Below are positions 1-9,836 of a DNA stretch of 64,000 nucleotides, piece by piece. The notes beneath the pieces are model-generated. The model made no database searches. It was not told the DNA's origin and saw only the letters and a program-made list of their open reading frames with translations. Source of the DNA: Naegleria gruberi (lineage: Eukaryota). Where the stretch lies: assembly GCA_000004985.1 (NCBI GenBank), contig GG738889.1; one strand, written 5' to 3'. The position numbers were made by a program, and so were the translations under genes. Each line of letters starts with the position of its first letter. The first letter of the stretch is position 1.

Positions 1-3000
1 TGTATCATCTTCTTGGGTAATTGTGGCACCTCCATTCAAAACAAGAATTGGGGTATCTGGTTCCTTATACACAAGTTGTGATTCTGTGATATTGGCAACT
101 TGGTTAGTGTCTGGATCGACTTGACCCTTAATTTGTTCTACTAACTTTTGAAGATCCTTTGGAATTTCAAACTTGGTATCAGCTTCAACAGGTTGAACAT
201 TGACTTTTGTTTCATTGAGATAAACTTGAACATCATTGACAAGAACCTTAACACCAGTCTTACCATCAGACAAGATTGAAACCTTATCCGATCCGCTCAT
301 GAATGAAATACCCTTCATACATGATGTCTTTGAATCTGCTGTACATTTCATCAATCTACCTTGTAATCCCAATTCATTAGACTTGTACAAGTAGAATTCA
401 CCAATTGAATTGAATGTATATTCTGCAGCATCAACAGTTCTAAGGTGAATATCACCAAAGGCCAAAACCTTATTGACCAAATCAAATATGTGAACAAGAC
501 TACAATCTGATCCTCCAAAACCTGGGAAACAAGCACAAGTATTTGGACCAACACAAGTACCTCTTCCTCCACACCAATTTCTATGGACACAATGGAATGA
601 TGAACAGGTTTCAGTGTACCAACCCCATCTACAGACACATTCATTTGGTCCAACACATTTACCTCTCTTAGCACCACCACAACTTGATCTATTAGCACAC
701 AAATCAGTATCAATGACAGCAACACAATTAGATCCAGGAGGAACATAGGTAGCCTCTTCAATATAGACAGTTGCTTCCTTCTTGACTGGAAGAGTGACAA
801 TATTATTCTTACAATCATAAGTAGTTAGACCATCTGTGAAATTGGATGGTGAGAGATTTCTAGTTGGTGAACCATCAGTAAATTCAATCTTAACTTTCAA
901 TGGTCCCCATTTGACAAATCCAATGGAAACACTCAAAGTTGTGGAACCTTGCCAATCGAGTCTTATCTTTTCAGGTGTACCAACAACACCAAGCCAATCA
1001 ATGGAATATCTATAGATACCATAATCCATGTAAAGTGCTCTGTACCACCATTCACCCCAATATTGCAATCTACCATTCAACTTTTCACTATATCCATTAG
1101 TACTATTCACTCTAGCTCTATCAATACCATTGGTAATGGCTGGAGTTGTAATTTCAAATCTCTTGAAATTCACAGATTCGTCACAAATGAAAGCATTCCA
1201 TTCCTTAACATAGGCACACAAAATTGGATCGACCATGATCATAGTACTTGGAATAATTCTAGCACCAGCTCTTCTGATTTTAGAAGGTACAGTAATATTT
1301 CTAGATAAAGTGCCGTCAGTATCAATAATAACTTCATGTCTATAAACATCAGACAATGATGATTCCTTAGAAGCCAAACCAGCAAGTAAATACATAACGT
1401 TAGCATTGTGGAAATACATTCTATTGGTAACATAATCACCTTGATTCATTGAAGCCCAATCATCATTTCTAAGATCAATGGATGATAGCTTTCTTTCACA
1501 ATTATCAACAAAATCAAAGAATTCCAAATCTTGAAGAAGTAAAGTATTACCATCACGATGATATAAAACACCGATAAATGGATCATTTCTACTGTATGAA
1601 GGAAGTGATCTATAATATGGTGAGGATGGATTCTTGTAATCAGTTCCACATCTATAACATTGACCATCATTACAATTATTTGGATTACCCTTATTTTGTG
1701 TAAAACCAATAAAGATGGCACCACTAACAACAATTGGACTCATAATGATATTAAGGACAGTATAACTAACTGGATTGTCTGCAAAGATACTTCCCTTCAA
1801 ATTGAGTTTTCCTTGAACGTGGGAGTATTGACCATTTTGTCTATTCTTCCAAATGTTCATATTCTCAAATACTGGTTCAGACCAAGGATTCTTATCAGTA
1901 CCACAATTAGTTGAATCATACATTTCCATCTTTGGATTTGTGCATGTGTAAAAGTTTGGATACAACATCATACCATGTTGATTATTACTGTGGGCAGTGT
2001 TGTTAACAAATTGTCCCCAGTACCATCTATTAGGTCTAATATATGGAGTTTGAGAAGCACCTGTAGCATAGGAATCCAAATGATACCAGAAACCAAAAGC
2101 ATCACTTCCAGCTGCACGATTTCCAATGAAAATATTGTTTGGATTGGTAATGTAGAAGGTGGCTGGATTATTGTCTTGATTGTCTGGAAGCATGACAGAT
2201 CTTGAATCTGGAATGACCTTTGAAAGTATACCAAGATTATTTTCGAAAATGTTATACTGTTCAGCACCATCTTCAAGGAAGAAAGTATGTCCATAAATAT
2301 TGAAAGCAACAACTCCTTCAACGTGTAAATAATTGGTTCCTTGCAATGCAACAGCTCTTTGATAGGTATCATAGACTGAAACCTTGTGGACATAGGAAGT
2401 ATTGGCATCACCAAACAATTGGAAGTAAATTGGATAACGACCTGGAATACCAGCTTGACCCATTCGTGTGAATTCAACATTATCAAGTCTGACATATTGA
2501 GCAGTTCTGAGGAAGGCAGTGTGACCACCAAACATTGAATCTTCACTTGTTGCCAAATCACCTCTAATCTTAATATTGTGCGATAACAAACCAACTTCAC
2601 CACGTTCATCAAATGTAACAACAGTTCCATTAGCCTTTTGATAGTATTCTGTATTGGCATAGTGACCATAGACGAGTGGTTTAACAAATCCAAAACATGT
2701 ACTATTGAAACGGACTGAAATTGTTCTTCTTTCAGCTTGATTGTGATAGTAATCAGTGGAAGCTAGAACAATTTCATCACCAACTTGCCATTCAGTTGGT
2801 TGTTTAAGATGAACGGAAGTATCACCAACTTGAGCTGATTTACCCAACAAAGTCCAAGAAACTTCATGTTTCTTACCATGCAAGCTCAAAGCACCTCCAC
2901 TGGTTACAATGATATTCTTAACACCAAATCCAATTAAAGTTCTATTGAGATTTCTTTCACCGTGAAGTGTAATTGTGGCATTGTGTTGATGAGGGCTGGT

Positions 3001-6000
3001 TTCATTACCTATTTGGAGAGAACCAGTAACAATCATCGATTTAAAGTGCATTTCCAAATCAAGCTCATCACTGAAAACTAAACAACCAAATACATGAACA
3101 ACGTCCAATTTTGGAGGAATGACATCCAAAATAACAGTATAGTTTTCTGGAACAACCAAAATTCTTTCGGGTTCAAGATAGAGAGAATCATCCTCTTCTT
3201 CTTCATCAATATAGTTGTTGGTAGAATTGGTTGTAGAGTTGGTGGAATTGTGTGAAATGAGAGTATTATTAACAAGAATGAATGTTGAATTATCGCCATA
3301 GCAATTTGTAACATTGAAAATGGTTCTATTAAGGGAACAAACTGTTGAGGTATTTACAGTAATTTGATTACAGACAACACTGGTAACATTCTCTGAAATG
3401 TAGGTAGTATTGCTGCAGTTTGAATTAGTTACTGAAATACACATGGCATCTCCATTGGAACAAGTTGAACAATTAGCACTATCACAAGTGAATGAATCAA
3501 TATGAGTGAAGATGACACAATCAGTATGGTTTGTATAGTAGAATCCATCGAATGTTGAATTCGTATAACATTCAGTGGTGTGTTCTGTAGCATAACAGTC
3601 ATAGATATCTTCACGAGTAATCTCAGTTGTGCAATTGGTAGTGCTATTGAATTGAGAATCATCAATATTTGAACTATTGCTATTGGATGTATTGTTAGAA
3701 TCAGTTGTTGAACTATTACCAATAGTTGAGTTACCGTCAACAGTAGAGTTATTATCAGTTGTTGAGTTTCCAGCAATTGTTGAGTTATCATTAGCTATTG
3801 TGGAGTTATCAGAAGTGGAATTGTTAAAGGTGGAGTTATCACTTGTAATAGTACCATTATTTACAATTGTTGAATTATCTGAAGTGGAATTATTTGAATC
3901 AGTTGTATTATTACTAGTTGTGGAATGATCAACTAGAGTAGAATTACTTCCATCAATATTGGTGGAATTGTTATCACCAATGTCAGTACTATTATCAACA
4001 TTTGTTCCATTATTATTATCAACTGTGCTATTATTGTCAGCTGTATTGTTGTTTTGAACAGTGGAGTTAGAATCGAGAGTTGAATTGTTTTCACCAATTG
4101 TACTGAAATCACCAACAGTAGCATTACTACCATCAGTGGTGGAATTATCAACTAGAGTTGAATTACCATCGATTGTGGAGTTATCACTTGTTGAACTATT
4201 AGATTCAGCTTGAGCAGTAATATTAACACAAGTTGTTGAAATACTCAAAACANNNNNNNNNNNNNNNNNNNNNNNNNNNNNNNNNNNNNNNNNNNNNNNN
4301 NNNNNNNNNNNNNNNNNNNNNNNNNNNNNNNNNNNNNNNNNNNNNNNNNNNNNNNNNNNNNNNNNNNNNNNNNNNNNNNNNNNNNNNNNNNNNNNNNNNN
4401 NNNNNNNNNNNNNNNNNNNNNNNNNNNNNNNNNNNNNNNNNNNNNNNNNNNNNNNNNNNNNNNNNNNNNNNNNNNNNNNNNNNNNNNNNNNNNNNNNNNN
4501 NNNNNNNNNNNNNNNNNNNNNNNNNNNNNNNNNNNNNNNNNNNNNNNNNNNNNNNNNNNNNNNNNNNNNNNNNNNNNNNNNNNNNNNNNNNNNNNNNNNN
4601 NNNNNNNNNNNNNNNNNNNNNNNNNNNNNNNNNNNNNNNNNNNNNNNNNNNNNNNNNNNNNNNNNNNNNNNNNNNNNNNNNNNNNNNNNNNNNNNNNNNN
4701 NNNNNNNNNNNNNNNNNNNTATAGTAGAATTGTTGTCTATTGTTGAATTGGAATTGGTAGTTGAATTATCAACATTAGTGGTATTATCATAAAGCGTTGA
4801 ATTGTCAACGTTAGTAGAGTTGTCCATTGTGGAATTGGAATCAGTCGTTGAATTATTAACATTAGTGGTATTATCACCTGTGGCTGTTGTTGAATTGTTC
4901 TCCACTGTTGAGTTATAGCTAACTGTACCATTTGAATCTGATTGTGTTGAATTGGAAAGTGAGTCGGTAGTGTTTTGGACAGTTCCATTATTAGTAGAAA
5001 TGGTCGAATTATCAGTAGAATTATTAGATATCGAGGTGTCATTCAAACCAGAGGTACTATTATCAACACTTGTTGAATTATCTATTTCTGTAGAATTGGA
5101 ATCAAAAGTGCTATTAGAATCAATTGTAGAATTATCAATATTGGTATTATTGGAATTATTACCATTATCAATATAAGTATTGTTATTATTAGTATTATCA
5201 TCAGTGTTAGTGGAATTACCAGTATGAGTAGAATTATCTCTGGAAGAATCATTAATAAAATGTGTATTATTATTCCCAATAATGGATGAATTATTCACAA
5301 GTGAGGAATTGCTCACAACTGTTTCATTCTTAACAATCACTGGATCCATGTATTCAGTCAAATTTCCATACAATTCAGACCACTTGATCACTTGTGATGG
5401 ACAATTATCACCAATACCATGTCCATATGGATTCAACTTGGTTGTTGTGAAAATAATTGCTTGATTACCAATACCATAACTATTATATCCAGTAAACTTG
5501 TTATATGGAAGAATTCTAAAACTGTAAGTCTTGTTTTCATCCAAATTATATCTTGTGAAATTATTGACATTATAAGATTTGTAAGTAATAGTAGTATATC
5601 CAACTGCATTCAATGTAGACATTTGAATTTGGATATAACAAATAGTACTAGCAGAAACATCTGGCATTTTCCACTTTAACAATACACTGTGATAGGTTGG
5701 AATTGCTCTAAAATTGTAAATGCTCGCAACTGATGATGCAGAAGGGAATGGAGCAACACTTGAATTATTGCCAGGATCAGACAAGTCCTTCAGGTTGTAT
5801 CTTCTTGTTGGAGGACCTCCATAGTACCACGAACAACAAGGATCACCCAATTCATCACCATTGGTTAAGCCATCTCCATCAGAGTCCTTCATGCAGAGAT
5901 CAGTGTTCCAGGCATAATTGTTATTCATGAAATCTCTTCCGAAAGATGTTAAATTACCATCCTTTTTGAAAATGTTCTGAAAGAGAGGTGAATTAGCAAA

Positions 6001-6195
6001 GGTGAGACCATTAGGAAGTTTGGCCACATCAAAATCCAAAGCAGTTACCATTCCCATACAGCAATAGAAGGAAATTACAATTCCTATCATGATCATTAAT
6101 ATCCTTGAGGATGAGGATGACCAAGACAGCTGATGTCTTGCTGTATTCTTCTTCATCCTGTTATCATCATCATTCCCGAACAAGGAACGCATCAT
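1..6195 (-). CDS. Giant secreted/surface glycoprotein, 3'-partial (continues past window start). Domain order: N-terminal signal-anchor, FN3-like domain, long N-S-T sequon repeat stalk, G8 domain plus right-handed beta-helix (CEMIP/TMEM2/PKHD1-like), Cys-rich EGF-like repeats, VWD-like domain.
   Basis: Minus strand. Start is ATG ATG at 6195..6190 (MMRSLFGNDDDNRMKK), followed by a hydrophobic anchor (ILMIMIGIVISFYCCMGMV). I translated by hand in one frame from 6195 to the gap at 4719, and from 4252 to position 1 with no stop. Recognisable pieces: G8-like motif LDVVHVFGCLVF...MIVTGSLQIGNE...ITLHGE; beta-helix segment GHTFFLEDGAEQYNIFENN; EGF-like CVGPNECVCRWGWYTETC and CVGPNTCACFPGFGGSDC; VWD-like FGDIHLRTVDAAEYTF...C. 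The ORF track does not list it because the ORF has no in-window stop. Frame continuity across the 467-nt N-gap is unknown. Confidence 0.7.
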   Translation of the reverse strand, partial: MMRSLFGNDDDNRMKKNTARHQLSWSSSSSRILMIMIGIVISFYCCMGMVTALDFDVAKLPNGLTFANSPLFQNIFKKDGNLTSFGRDFMNNNYAWNTDLCMKDSDGDGLTNGDELGDPCCSWYYGGPPTRRYNLKDLSDPGNNSSVAPFPSASSVASIYNFRAIPTYHSVLLKWKMPDVSASTICYIQIQMSTLNAVGYTTITYKSYNVNNFTRYNLDENKTYSFRILPYNKFTGYNSYGIGNQAIIFTTTKLNPYGHGIGDNCPSQVIKWSELYGNLTEYMDPVIVKNETVVSNSSLVNNSSIIGNNNTHFINDSSRDNSTHTGNSTNTDDNTNNNNTYIDNGNNSNNTNIDNSTIDSNSTFDSNSTEIDNSTSVDNSTSGLNDTSISNNSTDNSTISTNNGTVQNTTDSLSNSTQSDSNGTVSYNSTVENNSTTATGDNTTNVNNSTTDSNSTMDNSTNVDNSTLYDNTTNVDNSTTNSNSTIDNNSTIXXXXXXXXXXXXXXXXXXXXXXXXXXXXXXXXXXXXXXXXXXXXXXXXXXXXXXXXXXXXXXXXXXXXXXXXXXXXXXXXXXXXXXXXXXXXXXXXXXXXXXXXXXXXXXXXXXXXXXXXXXXXXXXXXXXXXXXXXXXXXXXXXXXXXXXXXXXXVLSISTTCVNITAQAESNSSTSDNSTIDGNSTLVDNSTTDGSNATVGDFSTIGENNSTLDSNSTVQNNNTADNNSTVDNNNGTNVDNSTDIGDNNSTNIDGSNSTLVDHSTTSNNTTDSNNSTSDNSTIVNNGTITSDNSTFNNSTSDNSTIANDNSTIAGNSTTDNNSTVDGNSTIGNSSTTDSNNTSNSNSSNIDDSQFNSTTNCTTEITREDIYDCYATEHTTECYTNSTFDGFYYTNHTDCVIFTHIDSFTCDSANCSTCSNGDAMCISVTNSNCSNTTYISENVTSVVCNQITVNTSTVCSLNRTIFNVTNCYGDNSTFILVNNTLISHNSTNSTTNSTNNYIDEEEEDDSLYLEPERILVVPENYTVILDVIPPKLDVVHVFGCLVFSDELDLEMHFKSMIVTGSLQIGNETSPHQHNATITLHGERNLNRTLIGFGVKNIIVTSGGALSLHGKKHEVSWTLLGKSAQVGDTSVHLKQPTEWQVGDEIVLASTDYYHNQAERRTISVRFNSTCFGFVKPLVYGHYANTEYYQKANGTVVTFDERGEVGLLSHNIKIRGDLATSEDSMFGGHTAFLRTAQYVRLDNVEFTRMGQAGIPGRYPIYFQLFGDANTSYVHKVSVYDTYQRAVALQGTNYLHVEGVVAFNIYGHTFFLEDGAEQYNIFENNLGILSKVIPDSRSVMLPDNQDNNPATFYITNPNNIFIGNRAAGSDAFGFWYHLDSYATGASQTPYIRPNRWYWGQFVNNTAHSNNQHGMMLYPNFYTCTNPKMEMYDSTNCGTDKNPWSEPVFENMNIWKNRQNGQYSHVQGKLNLKGSIFADNPVSYTVLNIIMSPIVVSGAIFIGFTQNKGNPNNCNDGQCYRCGTDYKNPSSPYYRSLPSYSRNDPFIGVLYHRDGNTLLLQDLEFFDFVDNCERKLSSIDLRNDDWASMNQGDYVTNRMYFHNANVMYLLAGLASKESSLSDVYRHEVIIDTDGTLSRNITVPSKIRRAGARIIPSTMIMVDPILCAYVKEWNAFICDESVNFKRFEITTPAITNGIDRARVNSTNGYSEKLNGRLQYWGEWWYRALYMDYGIYRYSIDWLGVVGTPEKIRLDWQGSTTLSVSIGFVKWGPLKVKIEFTDGSPTRNLSPSNFTDGLTTYDCKNNIVTLPVKKEATVYIEEATYVPPGSNCVAVIDTDLCANRSSCGGAKRGKCVGPNECVCRWGWYTETCSSFHCVHRNWCGGRGTCVGPNTCACFPGFGGSDCSLVHIFDLVNKVLAFGDIHLRTVDAAEYTFNSIGEFYLYKSNELGLQGRLMKCTADSKTSCMKGISFMSGSDKVSILSDGKTGVKVLVNDVQVYLNETKVNVQPVEADTKFEIPKDLQKLVEQIKGQVDPDTNQVANITESQLVYKEPDTPILVLNGGATITQEDDT
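3650..5290 (-). repeat. Coding tandem low-complexity repeat of 4-6-aa units centred on Asn-Ser-Thr (DNSTI/DNSTT/SNSTV...). It is a dense array of N-x-S/T glycosylation sequons forming a mucin-like stalk inside the giant CDS. It is interrupted by assembly gap 4253-4719.
   Basis: Translation gives more than 100 consecutive NST-containing units on both sides of the gap. The nucleotide level shows the repeated aattcaac[at]gt[tg]ga[tc]aa periodicity. Repeat-driven assembly collapse plausibly explains the gap. Confidence 0.8.
4253..4719. other. Assembly gap (467 N) inside the NST-repeat coding region.
   Basis: Run of N characters. Confidence 1.
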
Positions 6196-6980
6196 CTTTA
6201 TAAAATTAAAATTGTTCGGTTTAAAACACCAAGTTCTCCAACACAAATGTTTCTCTTGTTTTTTTTAAGGCAAATCCCGCACTAAGATATTTCAGTTGTG
6301 AGGATGTTAATAATTCAATAACGAAACAAACCTGTGTAATAAATTAAATAGTGTGAGGAATAGTTTGATGTTTTTTTTCACTTGGTCAATGTTGAGGAGA
6401 ATAGTTGATGGCCCTCCATTTACCAACGGCCTCAATCCATTCACATTGTTGATGCAACACAATGGTGGTGAGGAAGATATTAATATCCTTTAGGTTGTAT
6501 GGTCTCCTGAATGCCACTGTATAACAAACCGAAAAACGTCAATTTTAATTAGGAGAGCTTCACAAATTTGACACCACATTGTCAGAGACAGTTTTGGCAA
6601 ATCTCACAACATTGTGCTTAGAGCGCATGTATTCCATAATATTGTATAATATAACATTGTCTTAGGAGTGGTGTTAAATAGCTTTCAATTTTTTTGGAGA
6701 TTTCGTTGAAAATCTAACTGCTGTAATGCTGCTGTTAAAAAGAAAATCAATGATATTACAGGTAGTTATTCATTAATTAAGTTGTTTCTTTTGATAGAAG
6801 GAATTGTATTAACAAATAGAGTATTCACAGACCATTGTAAGTAAGGAACAAATGGTTTTATACGGCAATCGTTACAGAATTGCCAAACCTGAGGGACAGA
6901 GCTGTTCGATAATGAATCTTCCAAAGAATCAAGGACTCTTTACTCCTATTATTCCGTAAACTATGAAATTACAAATAAGT

Positions 6981-8351
6981 TTATAATACCTTTCTAATCC
7001 TATTATTTTTAGTATCTGCAATGTAAACAGCACCATTTGACTGAACTGCAATTCCACATGGATCATTGAGAGATGACAAGATGGCAGGCCCATTATCTCC
7101 ATCAAACCCAGCTCCGCTTCCACCAGCAATTGTTGAAATAGTTTTGGTTGTTGGATTAATCTTCTTAATTCTTGCATTAGACTTGTCAGCAACATAGACA
7201 TCACCATTTGGACCAATAGCAATACCAAAAGGTGAATCCAAGCATGCAAACTCTGTTGTGGATGGGAATCCTGGACGACATCCACCAGCAATTGTAGTCA
7301 TGGTATAATAACCATTTTGAACTACGACTTGTCTCACCGTATTGATCAAATTTTCAATAAAGTAAATCTTTCCTCCACTTGCTGCAACACTTATTGGGGA
7401 TGAAATCTTGATATATTGAGCAAGTCCTTCATAAATTAAATTGGGTTGTATATAAGGAGAGTATGTGTAATCTGTTCCAGCAACAGTGTAAAGTTTTGAA
7501 GAGGTAATTTTTCTAATCTTTGAATTATTAGTATCTGCAAAGTAAACAGTATTTGAACTAGATTGATCCACAGCAACACTTGTTGGATTATTCAACGATG
7601 AAGCAATGGCTGATAATCCGTCATACAAAGGACTACCAGCATCACCATCCCCTGCAATGGTAGAAATCTTTCCATTTGAGATTGTAATCTTTCTAATTCT
7701 ATGATTTTGGCTATCAGCAATATAGACATTTCCAATCGAATCGAGAGCAACACCTGTTGGTGAGCTTAATTTAGCAGTTGTAGCAATGATATTGTCTCCG
7801 TTATAACCTTCCTCTTCTGTTCCAGCAATGGTTGAAAGCTTTCCAGTAAGTGCTGTGAATTTTCTAATTCTATGATTTTGAGTGTCTGCAATGTAAATAT
7901 TTCCACTAGAATCCACTGCAATACTTGTTGGAAATAGAAGGGAGGTAGAAGTTGCTGCTCCTGAATCTCCACCATATCCAGGCATACCATTACCCACAAT
8001 GGTTTTAATTTGAGGTAACAAAATGTTGGTCAAGAATTGAGAAACGCTCACTGAACTAGATGGATTAGCCAACCTGTTTATCAAACCCCATGCGGAAGAG
8101 GAATTCGACTTTTTGTAAAGGAATACTACTCCATTATCAACCATGTCTGGTGCGCCAACTAAGAGATAGTTACCATTGGATGAGAAGGACAATAAACCGC
8201 CAAAAGATTGTTCTTCAGAATCAATGGCAAATTCCAATGCACAACTATCATTTTCCACACATGAGAAAATTTCAACTCTATATTCATATCCAAGCACCAA
8301 TTGGTTGGATAACATGGCTGCAGAAGTAACGTTCGAGACTGAGACATCCAT
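6981..8351 (-). CDS. Secreted beta-propeller protein with one FG-GAP-like repeat (FGGLLSFSSNGNYLLVGAPDMVDNGVVFLYKK) followed by about six NHL repeats (YIAD.QNHRIRKI).
   Basis: 456-aa ORF with an ATG start (AAG GAG ATG GAT GTC). It contains repeated ...GNIYIADTQNHRIRKF/GNVYIADSQNHRIRKI/GAVYIADTKNNRIRKV blocks, which are the NHL consensus. A possible extra 5' exon encodes a signal peptide MKRLHIMVTVIMMLLLLTL (ATG at 8622..8620). It would join through a 58-nt GTAGTT...CACAG intron into the open upstream frame (...HNGSTSSIILDTPVQ...). That exon is inference only. Confidence 0.7.
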   Translation of the reverse strand: MDVSVSNVTSAAMLSNQLVLGYEYRVEIFSCVENDSCALEFAIDSEEQSFGGLLSFSSNGNYLLVGAPDMVDNGVVFLYKKSNSSSAWGLINRLANPSSSVSVSQFLTNILLPQIKTIVGNGMPGYGGDSGAATSTSLLFPTSIAVDSSGNIYIADTQNHRIRKFTALTGKLSTIAGTEEEGYNGDNIIATTAKLSSPTGVALDSIGNVYIADSQNHRIRKITISNGKISTIAGDGDAGSPLYDGLSAIASSLNNPTSVAVDQSSSNTVYFADTNNSKIRKITSSKLYTVAGTDYTYSPYIQPNLIYEGLAQYIKISSPISVAASGGKIYFIENLINTVRQVVVQNGYYTMTTIAGGCRPGFPSTTEFACLDSPFGIAIGPNGDVYVADKSNARIKKINPTTKTISTIAGGSGAGFDGDNGPAILSSLNDPCGIAVQSNGAVYIADTKNNRIRKVL

Positions 8352-9836
8352 CTCCTTATACCATTCAAAAGTGGATGTGGAATACTTGTAAAGGGATACT
8401 ATTGATTCTTGAATGGAGACTACTCGTTGATAGTCCTGAGAAAAGAGAGCTGAAATAACTTGGACTGGTGTATCTAATATAATTGATGAGGTGCTTCCAT
8501 TATGAACTGTGAGTGTATCAACGTCCCATGTGAGTGTGAGTTGTTGTTACTTGGGTGAAACTACCAAGAGTCAATAAGAGCAGCATCATGATCACTGTTA
8601 CCATAATATGTAATCGCTTCATTGCTGGTGTTTTGTTGTTGGTAGCAGCTACGAACAACAATGGATTAGTAGAGAGGCTAGAGATATGTGGTGTTGAGGA
8701 CATTTTTTTTAAAGATTTGAGAATGTCTAAGGGTACAGTAATAGTGGCGGGAAATATCCTGTTCCATTGATCAAGCCAACCTCTAGCTGTTTTGGGGCTA
8801 CTTGGAGCGTTCTCGTTTGTTAATAGAAGCTTCAAAAAAGTTGTTTGTTTGCGCTTATGTGCCTGGCAGTAGATTACATCCAAAACGAGACGAGCTGGTA
8901 CAAGCTCCTCTACTGACATAAATGACAATAAGGTTCAAATATGGATGATTGGTCATCTTTGCCATTAAGCACATACGCAATTATTGGTATTATTATTATT
9001 TAATATCAATCAGTATTAAATAATGAAAAATGTCAAAATATAGAGAGGATAGGATCAGATTGAAAATTAATCTTGTATTGAAATTTAAATATTGAATTTA
9101 AATTTTCAAGTCACTACACCGAGCCACTACAAACTGGGGTCCATATTTGAAGAGAAGGGCAACGCATGGAAAGCAGATAATTTCAGTTTGGCTTGCCGTC
9201 TATAGAGATGGTTGATGTTGATGTTGAATTGGTAGTAGTGGTGGAGGTTGAATTATCACTCGTTGAATTATCAATACTCTGCAGTAAATTGAATAGCAAG
9301 AGGGGAATATTGGATGATGAAATTTCTTCTGCCATGATAATTGATGATAGGATTGATGATGGTAATAAGTGTGTTCTCTTTTTCTCTCGGAGGTTAATAG
9401 TGTGGATGGATTTTACAGGATTGTTTGGTGATGAACCTTCAGAGATGTTGAAATTGTTTTTTTCTAACGGTTTGCTGTTTCATAAAGGTTTTTTGATTTT
9501 CCACATGTCAGCAAAACCCTTGATTTGCTAAATGACTTGTCAACCATTGTCGCAAGATTCTGAGCACTCAAATAGAATGGTTTCCTCATTCAAGTTCAAA
9601 AGTTCGCTCGTGTGGAAATTGTTTGTGTTAATTCCTTAGTCATATAAAACTTTAAATTTATTATTGAGACTAAACTATCCTACTATTTGATATTCGGTTG
9701 TATTGGTTGCTTGATCAAATTGCCACTATTCAATTCCATACTATTTTGAATTATCTAAATTCAATCTCCATTATTATTGAACTGGTCAAAACTGTTTCAT
9801 CATTTAAATATTTCAGATGAAACTTGTTTAAATAAT

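Noticed and set aside
351-5930. Many 60-240-aa ORFs from the track (e.g. 351-818, 1968-2693, 3429-3791, 3677-3928, 4952-5176, 5082-5279) on both strands inside 1-6195.
   Set aside because: They lie in alternative frames of the single long minus-strand CDS, which is absent from the track because it has no in-window stop. The low-complexity NST repeat keeps shadow frames open. None has an independent motif.
9193-9531. 112-aa plus-strand ORF in the 900-bp intergenic region (MPSIEMVDVDVELVVVVEVELSLVELS...).
   Set aside because: Low-complexity VEL repeats with no domain, in a region lacking coding-like composition. Probably spurious. Not excluded as a small gene.
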